Assembly (NCBI GenBank): GCA_012103605.1
Contig: WLWL01000001.1
Span: forward strand, 37,216 to 101,215
DNA length: 64,000 bases
Direction: 5' to 3'
Source: Candidatus Nanopelagicales bacterium
Lineage (GTDB): Bacteria > Actinomycetota > Actinomycetes > S36-B12
In this document: positions 1 to 9,189 of the stretch, piece after piece
Layout: each line of letters starts with the position of its first letter
Numbering within the stretch: the first letter of the stretch is position 1
Position numbers and translations under genes: made by a program
The notes under the pieces: model-generated
Database searches by the model: none
The model's input: only the letters and a program-made list of their open reading frames with translations
Told to the model about the DNA's origin: nothing

Positions 1-78
1 GAAACGGGTGGCCCCGAACTTGCCGAGGTTCTCGAGGCCGACGGTTACGAACGTTTTGCGGATCTGACGAAGGCCTGA
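1..78 (+). CDS. sufC: Fe-S cluster assembly ATPase SufC, C-terminal fragment (5' end outside window)
   Basis: The frame is open from the window edge and ends at TGA 76-78 (...ETGGPELAEVLEADGYERFADLTKA*). Its stop overlaps the sufS ATG (TGATG). It sits directly upstream of sufS-sufU, as in actinobacterial suf operons. It is absent from the ORF track because it is edge-truncated. Confidence 0.5.
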   Translation, partial: ETGGPELAEVLEADGYERFADLTKA

Positions 79-1358
79 TGATGTCAACCGTGCTGGACGT
101 ATCCCGGCTCCGCAAGGACTTTCCTATCCTGGAAAGAACTGTGCGTGGGGATCGACCTTTGGTCTATCTCGATAGCGCCGCGACCAGCCAGAAGCCCTCT
201 GCCGTCCTTGATGCTGAGCGGGCCTACTACGAGACGTCCAACGCGGCGGTTCACCGGGGCGCTCACCAACTGGCAGAAGAAGCTACAGATGCGTACGAAA
301 GCGCCCGGGCAGCCATCGCGGGCTTTGTCGGTGCGCGCGCGGAGGACATCGTCTTCACCAAGAACGCGACGGAGAGCCTCAATCTTGCCGCGTACGCCTT
401 CAGTAACGCCACAGCCAAAGCCGCACAAGGAGGGGTAGTCGATCCCCGTTTAGTGTTAACGCCGGAGAGCTCGGTGGTGGTGACTGAGATGGAGCACCAC
501 GCAAATCTCATTCCATGGCAGGAGCTGTGCGCCAAGACAGGGGCGCAACTGCGTTGGATCGGCCTCACCGAGGACGGTCGCTTAGACACGGACCAGATGT
601 CCGTCATCGACGAGACGACGGCGGTCGTCTCGATCGTGCACCAATCGAACATCCTGGGAACGATCAATCCCGTCCGTTCGATTATGGACCGGGCGCGTGA
701 CGTGGGAGCCCTTGGTGTCGTCGACGCTTGTCAGTCCATTCCCCACATGCGCGTGAACGTGGACGACCTGGGTGCCGATTTGGTGACCTGGAGTGGCCAC
801 AAGATGCTGGGGCCCACCGGAATCGGGTTGCTGTGGGGGCGTAGCGAGGTTCTGAACAGCCTTCCTCCGTTTCTCACGGGGGGATCGATGATCGAATCCG
901 TGACCATGGAGGGCAGCACCTTCGCCCCACCTCCGCAGCGATTCGAGGCGGGTGTGCCCATGGTCGCTCAGGCGGTGGGCTTGGAGGCTGCCGTGCGGTA
1001 CCTCGACAGCGTGGGCATCGAGTCGATCGAACAACACGAGCACGACCTGACGGCGTACGCATTGGCGACGTTGTCTCAAATGCCGGGTGTGCGGATCATT
1101 GGGCCGGAATCGACGGTGGATCGTGGAAGCGCCATCTCGTTCGTCGTCGACGGGCTGCACCCGCACGATGTCGGCCAGGTGTTGGACGACCGGGGTGTGG
1201 CGGTGCGGGTGGGCCACCACTGCGCGTGGCCGACGTGTCGGCGTTACCAGGTTCCCGCGACGACTCGACTGTCCACGTACCTGTACAACGACACCGATGA
1301 CATCGATGCGGCGGCAGCCGGCATTCGCGCGGCCCAGGAATTTTTTGGAGTGGCATGA
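78..1358 (+). CDS. sufS: cysteine desulfurase SufS (PLP-dependent)
   Basis: 426-aa ORF with SufS-type motifs: HHANLIPWQ, the SGHKMLGPTGIG PLP-lysine region and the RVGHHCA active-site Cys loop. It is followed by a coupled sufU. Confidence 0.9.
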   Translation: MMSTVLDVSRLRKDFPILERTVRGDRPLVYLDSAATSQKPSAVLDAERAYYETSNAAVHRGAHQLAEEATDAYESARAAIAGFVGARAEDIVFTKNATESLNLAAYAFSNATAKAAQGGVVDPRLVLTPESSVVVTEMEHHANLIPWQELCAKTGAQLRWIGLTEDGRLDTDQMSVIDETTAVVSIVHQSNILGTINPVRSIMDRARDVGALGVVDACQSIPHMRVNVDDLGADLVTWSGHKMLGPTGIGLLWGRSEVLNSLPPFLTGGSMIESVTMEGSTFAPPPQRFEAGVPMVAQAVGLEAAVRYLDSVGIESIEQHEHDLTAYALATLSQMPGVRIIGPESTVDRGSAISFVVDGLHPHDVGQVLDDRGVAVRVGHHCAWPTCRRYQVPATTRLSTYLYNDTDDIDAAAAGIRAAQEFFGVA

Positions 1359-1825
1359 GCGACAACGTCGAAGCCTTGTATCAAGACATCATCCTCGACC
1401 ACTACAAGCATCCGCGTGGGGTGGGCTTGCTTGACAACGCGGCGGGGGAGAGTTTCCAGGTCAACCCGACTTGTGGTGATGAAGTCACCGTAGGGGTTCG
1501 CCTAGACGACGCCGATCACTTGCACGTTGGATATGAAGGTCAGGGTTGCTCCATCTCGCAGGCGAGCGCGAGCGTGATGACCGAGCTGCTCGAGGACGCG
1601 ACACTGGATCGAGTGGCGGACGCGGAGCGCGCCTTTCATGAGTTGATGCACTCCAAAGGTGCGGGAGAGCCGAACGAGGACGCGCTTGGAGATGGCATCG
1701 CATTCGCGGGTGTCTCGAAATACCCAGCGAGGATAAAATGTGCCCTCCTACCGTGGGTCGCGCTACAGGATGCGCGCCTCAAGGCTGGAATCGAGATAGA
1801 CCAGTCAACGACGCCGGACGCCTGA
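1355..1825 (+). CDS. sufU: SUF-type Fe-S scaffold / sulfur acceptor SufU (NifU-like)
   Basis: ATGA overlap with the sufS stop. Conserved Cys ligand contexts are present: NPTCGDE, GQGCSISQAS and RIKCALL. Confidence 0.85.
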   Translation: MSDNVEALYQDIILDHYKHPRGVGLLDNAAGESFQVNPTCGDEVTVGVRLDDADHLHVGYEGQGCSISQASASVMTELLEDATLDRVADAERAFHELMHSKGAGEPNEDALGDGIAFAGVSKYPARIKCALLPWVALQDARLKAGIEIDQSTTPDA

Positions 1826-1835
1826 TCGAAGGAGC

Positions 1836-2159
1836 ATGATGGACGCGATGGTTGCGCAAGAAGATGATGTCTTCGAGGCGATGAAGGACGTTGTGGATCC
1901 TGAATTGGGCATCAATGTCGTTGATCTCGGGCTGGTCTACGGGGTCAGTGTTGAAGAAGGGAATATCGCCACCATCGATATGACCCTGACATCGGCGGCC
2001 TGCCCATTGACGGACGTCATCGAGGACCAGACGAGGGCGGCCCTGCTGGAAGTCGTCGACGACTTTCGGATCAATTGGGTATGGATGCCTCCGTGGGGCC
2101 CGGACAAGATCACCGATGACGGCCGGGAAATGCTGAGGAGTCTCGGTTTCAACGTGTAA
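1836..2159 (+). CDS. metal-sulfur cluster assembly factor (DUF59/SufT-like)
   Basis: A GAAGGAG RBS precedes the ATG. The DVVDPELGINVVDLGLVY and TLTSAACPL motifs are typical of DUF59 proteins that close actinobacterial suf operons. Confidence 0.8.
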   Translation: MMDAMVAQEDDVFEAMKDVVDPELGINVVDLGLVYGVSVEEGNIATIDMTLTSAACPLTDVIEDQTRAALLEVVDDFRINWVWMPPWGPDKITDDGREMLRSLGFNV

Positions 2160-2183
2160 ATCGCAGCGAGCGGCTATCACACC

Positions 2184-3788
2184 GTGATCGCGGCCTCCGA
2201 TATCGAATTGCGGGCTGGCCCGGAACTTCTTCTCACGGTTGATCAGTTACGTGTGGCGCCCGGGGATCGCATCGGCCTGGTCGGGCGAAACGGTGCCGGC
2301 AAGACAACCCTCATGAAAGCGTTGTCGGGTGAACGCGCACCGACGTCAGGCGACGTTCGAGCTTCCGGAACAGTGGGCTACTTGCCGCAGGATCCCCGGG
2401 CGGCCAATACGGACGAATTGGCACGTGATCGGATCCTGGATGCCCGTGGCTTGACCGACATTGCCGCCCGTCTTCGCCAAGTGACCGAGGCGATGGTGGA
2501 CGTGCCCGAAGGAACAGACGCCTGGGACAAGGCGGCGAGGCGATACGAACGCGCCGAAGCGGAGTTTTTGGCACTCGGTGGATACGCCGCCGAATCGGAA
2601 GCCGCAACGATCGCTGCATCCGTCGGCCTTCCCTCTCGCATTTTGGAAGCGACCCTCGGAACCCTGTCCGGTGGCCAACGTCGACGTGTGGAGTTGGCAC
2701 GGATTCTGTTCAGTGGTGCAGATGTCCTCTTGCTGGATGAGCCCACCAACCATCTCGACGCGGACTCGATTCGTTGGCTGCGTGAATTCCTGCGGTCCTA
2801 TGCGGGCGGATTCATCGTGATTAGCCATGACGCGGAATTGCTGGCGGACACCGTCAACAAGATTTGGCACCTCGACGCACAGCGTCAGGAAATCGACCAA
2901 TACGCGATGGGGTGGGCCAAGTACCTCGAGGCACGAGAGGTCGACGAGCGGCGGCGGCGGCGCGAACGGAGAAATGCCGAGCAGCAGGCAGCGGCTTTAC
3001 GCGATCAAGCCGAGCGCATGCGAGCCAAGGCAACCAAGGCGCGCGCAGCCCAGAGCATGTTCCGACGTGCCGAGAAACTCCTGGCGGAGACCGAAGGGGA
3101 CCGCCGAGGCGACCGAGTGGCATCGCTGCGTTTCCCCGACCCGGCGCCGTGCGGGAAGGTCCCCCTGGCCGGGCAGGGTCTCTCACGCTCCTACGGAAGC
3201 CTCGAGGTCTTCACTGATGTTGATCTGGCTATCGACAAGGGCTCACGGGTCATGATTTTGGGTCTCAATGGTGCGGGCAAGACGACCTTGCTTCGGATCC
3301 TCGCGGGGGTGGATGCACCGGACACCGGGTCGGTGGACACCGGCCACGGGGCTGTGATCGGTTACTACGCCCAGGAGCACGAAACGCTAGACCCCACGGC
3401 CACGGTGGAGCAGACACTGGCCCACGCAGCACCCGAACTCGATGATTCTCGTCGCCGGACGATCCTCGGATCCTTTCTGTTCTCCGGCGAGAGTGTCCGC
3501 AAACCAACCGGCGTTTTGTCCGGTGGTGAGAAAACACGGTTGTCTCTCGCCTGCTTGGTGGTGTCGGGCGCCAACGTGCTGCTGCTGGACGAGCCGACGA
3601 ATAACCTGGACCCCGCATCACGGTCCGAGGTGCTGCACGCGATACGCCAGTACGGGGGAGCGGTTGTCCTGGTCAGTCACGATCCGGGCGCCGTGGAGGC
3701 ACTCGAACCGGAGCGAGTGGTCTTGTTGCCGGACGGTGACGAAGACTTGTGGAGTGAGGATTACATCGATTTGGTCGAATTGGCCTGA
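2184..3788 (+). CDS. ABC-F family ATPase (two NBDs, no membrane domain)
   Basis: Two Walker A sites (GRNGAGKTT, GLNGAGKTT) and two signature motifs (LSGGQRRR, LSGGEKTR). An Arg/Glu-rich inter-domain linker is present. GTG start. Confidence 0.85.
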   Translation: MIAASDIELRAGPELLLTVDQLRVAPGDRIGLVGRNGAGKTTLMKALSGERAPTSGDVRASGTVGYLPQDPRAANTDELARDRILDARGLTDIAARLRQVTEAMVDVPEGTDAWDKAARRYERAEAEFLALGGYAAESEAATIAASVGLPSRILEATLGTLSGGQRRRVELARILFSGADVLLLDEPTNHLDADSIRWLREFLRSYAGGFIVISHDAELLADTVNKIWHLDAQRQEIDQYAMGWAKYLEAREVDERRRRRERRNAEQQAAALRDQAERMRAKATKARAAQSMFRRAEKLLAETEGDRRGDRVASLRFPDPAPCGKVPLAGQGLSRSYGSLEVFTDVDLAIDKGSRVMILGLNGAGKTTLLRILAGVDAPDTGSVDTGHGAVIGYYAQEHETLDPTATVEQTLAHAAPELDDSRRRTILGSFLFSGESVRKPTGVLSGGEKTRLSLACLVVSGANVLLLDEPTNNLDPASRSEVLHAIRQYGGAVVLVSHDPGAVEALEPERVVLLPDGDEDLWSEDYIDLVELA

Positions 3789-3799
3789 AGGAGGTTCCC

Positions 3800-4546
3800 A
3801 TGGACGCACCCGCCGAACAGTCCTCGGACATCGTCGTCACCGTTGAGGGTGATTGCGCGACCGTCAGCCTCGCTCGTCCCCACGTGCGCAACGCACAGAC
3901 CCCCGAGATGTGGAATCAACTCGCTGAGATTGGGCGATCGATGCCCGATGACGTCCGGTTTGTCGTTCTCCGTGGGGAAGGCGAGGACTTCTCCGCGGGC
4001 CTGGATCGCCAGGCACTCGCGGGACCCATGATCGACCAGCTCCGAGACAACCCGCACCCGTTCATCGCGGGCGCGCAGGCGGGGTTCGCCGTGTGGAGCA
4101 ACATGCGGCAGACGGTCATTGCCCAGGTTCAGGGCAATGCGATCGGTGCCGGATTTCAGTTGGCGCTGGCCAGCGACGTGATCATCGCTGCGTCCAATGC
4201 TCGTTTCGCCATGCGAGAGACCTCGCTTGGTTTAGTTCCCGATCTAGGCGGCACCGGAGCGCTCGTCGACGCGATCGGGTACCGACGAACCTTTGCCTTA
4301 TGCGCCACCGGTGACTTCCTCAGCGCTGACCAGGCCCATCGATGGGGAGTGGTGCACCAGGTCGCCGACGACGCATCCGCTGCGGTGACGGCACTCCTTG
4401 ACCAGTTGCGAGGTGTGGATGCCGGCGCGCTGGGAGACCTCAAAGCGCTCTTGCGGACTGTCGCCCGTGATCAACAGTCATGGGATGCCGAGCGCGATGT
4501 GCAACTGCGTCGCCTGGCCGCGCTGTTCGGTTCGGCGCCGACATGA
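3800..4546 (+). CDS. enoyl-CoA hydratase/isomerase (crotonase) family protein
   Basis: AAGGAGG RBS. Crotonase-fold motifs are present: FSAGLD, GNAIGAGFQLALASD and ETSLGLVPDLGG. Confidence 0.75.
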   Translation: MDAPAEQSSDIVVTVEGDCATVSLARPHVRNAQTPEMWNQLAEIGRSMPDDVRFVVLRGEGEDFSAGLDRQALAGPMIDQLRDNPHPFIAGAQAGFAVWSNMRQTVIAQVQGNAIGAGFQLALASDVIIAASNARFAMRETSLGLVPDLGGTGALVDAIGYRRTFALCATGDFLSADQAHRWGVVHQVADDASAAVTALLDQLRGVDAGALGDLKALLRTVARDQQSWDAERDVQLRRLAALFGSAPT

Positions 4547-6408
4547 GCATGAGTACGGTCTGGCAGACATATCAGTCGATGACACGGGATCGATCGGTCG
4601 CCGGAGAGAGAGTGTCGAGGGGAACGGTCCGACGCATCCTGGGCTATGCGCGTCCGTATCGGGTGATCATTGCCATCTTTCTCGGCACGTTGGTTGTCAC
4701 ATCGCTGCTCAGCGTGGCACAACCCCTGCTCTTCAAGAGAATCGTCGATGACGGCATTAGCGTCGGGAACGCCTCGCTGGTGACCTGGACGGCGCTCGCT
4801 ATCGCCGGGCTCGCTATTGCGGACGCGGCCTTTGGCATCGTCAGTCGTTGGTATTCGGCACGCATCGGAGAGGGATTGATTTTCGATCTCCGTACCCAGG
4901 TGTATGACCATGTTCAGCATCAGTCGATCGCGTTCTTCACCCGGGCGCAGACGGGTGCGTTGATCTCGCGACTGAACAGCGACGTGATTGGCGCGCAACA
5001 GGCGTTCACGTCGACGCTGGGTGGAGTGCTCGGAAACTTGATTTCCGTCAGCGTTGTTCTGGTCGCGATGTTCGCTCTGTCCTGGCAGATCACCCTGGCA
5101 TCGCTGATCCTCGTCCCGCTGTTCTTGCTCCCGGCTCGATACATGGGCAGACGTCTTCAAGCCTTAACGCGAGAGCAAATGGGCCTCAACGCGGAAATGA
5201 GCTCGCAGATGACCGAGCGCTTCAACGTCTCGGGGGCCCTGCTCGTCAAGCTGTTTGGTCGGCCGGAGGATGAGGCGTCACTGTTTGCCGGTCGGGCACG
5301 CCGCGTTCGGGATATCGGAATCCGCATCGCCATGGCGAACCGGTGGTTTTTCACCGCGCTGACGCTGGTCGCAGCACTCGCCACCGCTGTCACCTACGGT
5401 CTCGGCGGTAATTTGGTTATCGATGGCGCAATTACCCTGGGCACCTTGCTCGCCCTTGTGGCCCTTCTCGCTCAGCTGTATGGACCTCTCACCGCTTTGA
5501 GCAATGTTCGAGTGGACGTCATGACGGCGCTGGTGTCCTTCGAGCGGGTGTTTGAGGTTCTCGATCTGGATCCGCTGGTGCAAGAGCCGGCTGAGCCTCG
5601 TGCCTTGCCGTCCGGGGCACTCGATGTCGAGTTCGAATCGGTGAGCTTCACATACCCGACCGCCGCGGAAGTGTCTCTCGCCTCGCTGGAATCGGTGGCA
5701 CGGGAGGAATCCGTGGACGCCAGCGTGCCGGTTTTACGCGATGTCTCTTTCACCGTGCCGGCGGGGTCGTTGACGGCCCTGGTGGGCCCCTCCGGCGCCG
5801 GAAAAAGCACCATCACAGCGTTGGTAACCCGCCTGTACGACCCAAACGACGGAGTGGTGCGCCTCGGCGGTGTCGACGTACGGGAAATCTCTCGCACCGA
5901 CATGCGGTCGGCGATTGGGGTTGTGAGCCAGGATGCCCACCTGTTTCACGACACCATCGGCGCCAATTTGCGTTTCGCACAACCAGAAGCGACGACAGAT
6001 GACGTGATGCAGGCGTGCGAAGACGCTCAGATCATCAATTTGATCGAGGCGCTGCCAGACGGACTCGATACCGTCGTGGGCGATAGGGGGTACCGATTAT
6101 CCGGTGGCGAGAAGCAACGTTTAGCGCTCGCTCGCCTCTTCCTCAAGGCTCCTCGTGTGGTCGTTCTGGACGAGGCCACCGCTCACCTCGACAGCGAGAG
6201 CGAACGACTGGTGCAGCACGCATTGGATTCGGCACTGGAGGGACGAACGAGCCTCGTCATTGCTCACCGGCTGTCGACCATCAGACGGGCGGACCAAATT
6301 TTGGTCGTCGACGACGGGCACATCATTCAGCGAGGCACGCACAGCGAGCTGCTCGCAACGGGCGGCATCTACGAAACGCTCTACCGCACGCAGTTCAGCG
6401 ATGCCTAG
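4543..6408 (+). CDS. ABC transporter, fused permease/ATP-binding protein (type I exporter)
   Basis: Start moved to ATG 4543, which makes an ATGA overlap with the upstream stop. The N-terminal half is multi-TM. Walker A is GPSGAGKST, the signature is LSGGEKQR and Walker B is VVVLDEATA. Confidence 0.85.
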   Translation: MSMSTVWQTYQSMTRDRSVAGERVSRGTVRRILGYARPYRVIIAIFLGTLVVTSLLSVAQPLLFKRIVDDGISVGNASLVTWTALAIAGLAIADAAFGIVSRWYSARIGEGLIFDLRTQVYDHVQHQSIAFFTRAQTGALISRLNSDVIGAQQAFTSTLGGVLGNLISVSVVLVAMFALSWQITLASLILVPLFLLPARYMGRRLQALTREQMGLNAEMSSQMTERFNVSGALLVKLFGRPEDEASLFAGRARRVRDIGIRIAMANRWFFTALTLVAALATAVTYGLGGNLVIDGAITLGTLLALVALLAQLYGPLTALSNVRVDVMTALVSFERVFEVLDLDPLVQEPAEPRALPSGALDVEFESVSFTYPTAAEVSLASLESVAREESVDASVPVLRDVSFTVPAGSLTALVGPSGAGKSTITALVTRLYDPNDGVVRLGGVDVREISRTDMRSAIGVVSQDAHLFHDTIGANLRFAQPEATTDDVMQACEDAQIINLIEALPDGLDTVVGDRGYRLSGGEKQRLALARLFLKAPRVVVLDEATAHLDSESERLVQHALDSALEGRTSLVIAHRLSTIRRADQILVVDDGHIIQRGTHSELLATGGIYETLYRTQFSDA

Positions 6409-7094
6409 TCGAGCTCTTTGGACTCGCGTCGCAGGAAGTAGAACCAACCTCCGATGGCCACAGCGGCGAAGAGCAGCCATTGCACCGCGTAGGAGACGTT
6501 TTGCAGCTCATCGGGCCGAGTGATCGGCACGATGGTGACGGAGTCTTCGGGCGCCGAATTCAGGGCCTGCACGTACCACTCAGCGCCGCCTTGCATGGGA
6601 AGCTGCGCCGTTTGGACTTCGGTGACCTGATCATCGGGAAGGCCGCCGCGGTCGGTGAGTTCTTCTCCACGGGCTAGTGGACGCACGAGACCATCGATGG
6701 TGATTTGACCCGAAGGTGTCAAAACATCCGGAGAGGTGTCGGTGCGCGGACCCGCAGGCACCCACCCGCGCAGCACCCAAATGTCACCGGATTCCGTTTG
6801 CAGCAGTTGCAGCACCCAGTACCCATTGCGGCCCTCCAACGGGCGTTGACGAACAAAGCGCAAGGAGTCGACTGCGTATTCGCCGGTGAGAGTGACCGCG
6901 GTGAATTCCGGCAGTGTTTCGTCGGCCCTCGGAACCACAGGAGTCTGCTCGGCCAGCGTCTGTGCCTGCTGTGCCACCCGCTTTTCTTCGGCTCGCTGCC
7001 ACTGCCAACGACTCAGAAATCCGAAGCCAATGATGGCAACGAGAACAACGACGGTGAAGCCCTGCCAGCGGCGGGTGCGGAGGGCGGCGAGCAT
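6405..7094 (-). CDS. SURF1 family protein (cytochrome oxidase assembly-like)
   Basis: The N-terminal TM segment is followed by RWQWQRAEEK, and there is a C-terminal TM with YAVQWLLFA. This is the typical SURF1 architecture. Confidence 0.7.
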   Translation of the reverse strand: MLAALRTRRWQGFTVVVLVAIIGFGFLSRWQWQRAEEKRVAQQAQTLAEQTPVVPRADETLPEFTAVTLTGEYAVDSLRFVRQRPLEGRNGYWVLQLLQTESGDIWVLRGWVPAGPRTDTSPDVLTPSGQITIDGLVRPLARGEELTDRGGLPDDQVTEVQTAQLPMQGGAEWYVQALNSAPEDSVTIVPITRPDELQNVSYAVQWLLFAAVAIGGWFYFLRRESKELD

Positions 7095-7495
7095 TACTCC
7101 ACTCTAGAAGTGTGCGGCGACGCCGTGGGATCGTGGAAGCCGGTCGGGGGGTCATCCTGAGCGGCGAAGCCGTCCTCGGCGTCGTCGTCGGGAACGATCA
7201 CCACGCCCTCGAGAGCTGCCCCGGACGCAGGCAGGGCGGCAACCGGCTGCGGGCGGACGTCGGTGGGCGCCTTGCCCTTGCGCGAACCGCCGCTGTTCGC
7301 GATCACAACAGCTAGGTAGGGGAGCACGACGGCGCCGGCGATCAGCACCCATCGAGGCCAGCCGGGAATGAAAATGGCACCGATCACACAGACGGTGCGT
7401 ATTGCCATAGAGATGAGGTACTTGCGTGTCCTGCCCGCCTGTTCGCTGCTCAGCGAGTGCTGGGCGGTTGTGATGCTGTGGGTGGGATCGGACAC
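7094..7495 (-). CDS. DUF3099 domain membrane protein
   Basis: Two-TM core: RKYLISMAIRTVCVIGAIFIPGWPRWVLIAGAVVLPYLAVVIANSGG. The stop overlaps the SURF1 ATG (TAATG). The start is uncertain: GTG 7495 was chosen, but the ORF is open to 7552. Confidence 0.55.
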   Translation of the reverse strand: MSDPTHSITTAQHSLSSEQAGRTRKYLISMAIRTVCVIGAIFIPGWPRWVLIAGAVVLPYLAVVIANSGGSRKGKAPTDVRPQPVAALPASGAALEGVVIVPDDDAEDGFAAQDDPPTGFHDPTASPHTSRVE

Positions 7496-7566
7496 CCCAA
7501 TAAGGTAAACCCGAATGTGGTGACCCGCCCGTTGAGGTGAGCGGGTTCGCAAGTGAGGAGCGAGCT

Positions 7567-7779
7567 ATGTCAGATCGTGTCTACGGAATGAGCGAAGTGG
7601 TGGGGACGTCCGCGGACTCCATCGAAACTGCGATCGGCAATGCTGTGCGGCGGGCTGGATCCGAGCATCGCCATGTTGACTGGTTCGAAGTGCAACAGGT
7701 ACGCGGATACGTCCGAAACAACGACGTCGATCACTTCCAGGTGACAGTTAAAGTCGGTTACCGTCTGGAAGATGCCTGA
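7567..7779 (+). CDS. dodecin family flavin-binding protein
   Basis: About 70 aa from ATG 7567, behind a GAGGAG RBS. MSDRVYGMSEVVGTS...FQVTVKVGYRLED matches the dodecin fold consensus. Confidence 0.75.
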   Translation: MSDRVYGMSEVVGTSADSIETAIGNAVRRAGSEHRHVDWFEVQQVRGYVRNNDVDHFQVTVKVGYRLEDA

Positions 7780-8467
7780 CCAGCCCCGCTCCGAAGTCTC
7801 ATCATCGGAGCAGAGATCCTTCGACCGCTTGGTCAATTTCACGGATGCCGTGGTGGCGATCGGCATCACGTTGCAATTGCTCCCGATTATCGGCGTCGCT
7901 GGGCCGGCGCCTGGGGAATCAGTATGGGATGTGGTGACTGCCAACCGCGGGCAGCTCTTTGCATTCGTCCTGTCGTTCGTGGTCGTCATCTTCATGTGGG
8001 CTGCCCACAATCGTGTGTTCAACACCATGCGGTGCTACGACGGAACGATCTTCCGGCTCAACGTCGCCTGGTTGCTGCTGATTGTTTTCCTGCCGTGGCC
8101 GACGGCCATGTACGGAGAGGCAGCGAACAATGCTGTTGCCGGACGCGGGGGCCTGGGCCTGTTGTACTGGTGGACCTTAGCCGCGATCAGCGGGTTAGGA
8201 GTCTGGATGGCGACTCATGCGAGCAGACATGTCGATTTGCTGGCAGTTGATGAACGTGACCGCACGGACGACCGCGGTACGCGAGGCCTGGTGCGCGGCT
8301 ACGTCCTCTTCGCTTCATTCGTCATTGTTGGCCTGGTCAGCATCTTCCAGCCGTCGTGGGCACCGCTTGTGTTTCTCGGTGCCTTTCCTGCGGTAGCAGT
8401 CGCCAATCGGATGGTTTCGCGACACAACGACAAACACATCGTCACCACACAGGAGGCCGGAACGTGA
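7772..8467 (+). CDS. TMEM175 family potassium channel (DUF1211)
   Basis: The RLVNFTDAVVAIGITLQLLP signature helix is followed by multiple TM helices. There is an 8-nt overlap (ATGCCTGA) with the dodecin stop. Confidence 0.7.
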   Translation: MPDQPRSEVSSSEQRSFDRLVNFTDAVVAIGITLQLLPIIGVAGPAPGESVWDVVTANRGQLFAFVLSFVVVIFMWAAHNRVFNTMRCYDGTIFRLNVAWLLLIVFLPWPTAMYGEAANNAVAGRGGLGLLYWWTLAAISGLGVWMATHASRHVDLLAVDERDRTDDRGTRGLVRGYVLFASFVIVGLVSIFQPSWAPLVFLGAFPAVAVANRMVSRHNDKHIVTTQEAGT

Positions 8468-9180
8468 ACACGGAAGTAACGGTCGTCACGGGTGGGAATC
8501 GAGGGATTGGTGCAGCCATCGCGCGCCGGTTGGTCGAAGCGGGCCATCGGGTGGTCGTCGCAAGTCGGACGGGAACCGGGCCGGACGACTGCGCTGTGAC
8601 CGGCACCGTGTCTATGGATGTCTCGAGCGCTGGGTCGATTCACGACGGGCTAGCGGACATCGAGGACGCCTACGGGCCAATCGGTGCGCTCGTGGCGAAT
8701 GCTGGCATCACCAAGGACAACTTGCTCTTGCGCATGAGCGATGAAGAAATCGACACCGTCGTGCAAACCAACCTCGCTGGCTCCATCCGGCTATGTCGAG
8801 GTGTTGCTCGGGGAATGATCCGGGCGAAGACAGGACGCATCGTGCTGATCTCGTCCGTCGTCGGTTTGCTCGGCAGTGCTGGGCAGGTGAACTATGCGGC
8901 GTCCAAGGCAGGCCTGGTGGGAGTGGCGCGTTCATTAGCCCGAGAACTGGGCTCGAGAGGCATCACGGTTAATGTTGTCGCACCCGGATTTGTCGAAACG
9001 GACATGACAGCAGAACTCGATGACGGCCGACGGGATCAGATCCTCGGTGCCATTCCGCTCGGACGGTACGCTTCCGCGGACGAAATAGCCGCCCTCGTGG
9101 AGTTCCTCGTCGGTCCAGAAGCCGGATACATCACTGGGTCGGTGATTCCGGTCGATGGCGGTCTCGGTATGGGCCATTAG
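8464..9180 (+). CDS. fabG: 3-oxoacyl-[ACP] reductase FabG (MabA-like SDR)
   Basis: Start GTG 8464, making a GTGA overlap with the upstream stop. TGGNRGIGAAIARRL is the cofactor motif and YAASKAG is the catalytic motif. It lies immediately upstream of inhA, as in mycobacteria. Confidence 0.85.
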   Translation: MNTEVTVVTGGNRGIGAAIARRLVEAGHRVVVASRTGTGPDDCAVTGTVSMDVSSAGSIHDGLADIEDAYGPIGALVANAGITKDNLLLRMSDEEIDTVVQTNLAGSIRLCRGVARGMIRAKTGRIVLISSVVGLLGSAGQVNYAASKAGLVGVARSLARELGSRGITVNVVAPGFVETDMTAELDDGRRDQILGAIPLGRYASADEIAALVEFLVGPEAGYITGSVIPVDGGLGMGH

Positions 9181-9189
9181 GAGGCGGCA

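Noticed and set aside
2935-3075. GC-rich codon repeats (CGG CGG CGG CGG CGC) encoding RRRRRERR in the ABC-F gene.
   Set aside because: This is the normal Arg/Glu-rich inter-NBD linker (P-site tRNA interaction motif region) of ABC-F proteins, not a nucleotide-level repeat element.
6405-6408. Convergent ABC exporter and SURF1 genes share their stop codons in a single CTAG tetranucleotide.
   Set aside because: This is a curiosity of compact genomes. There is no functional implication beyond the absence of an intergenic terminator.
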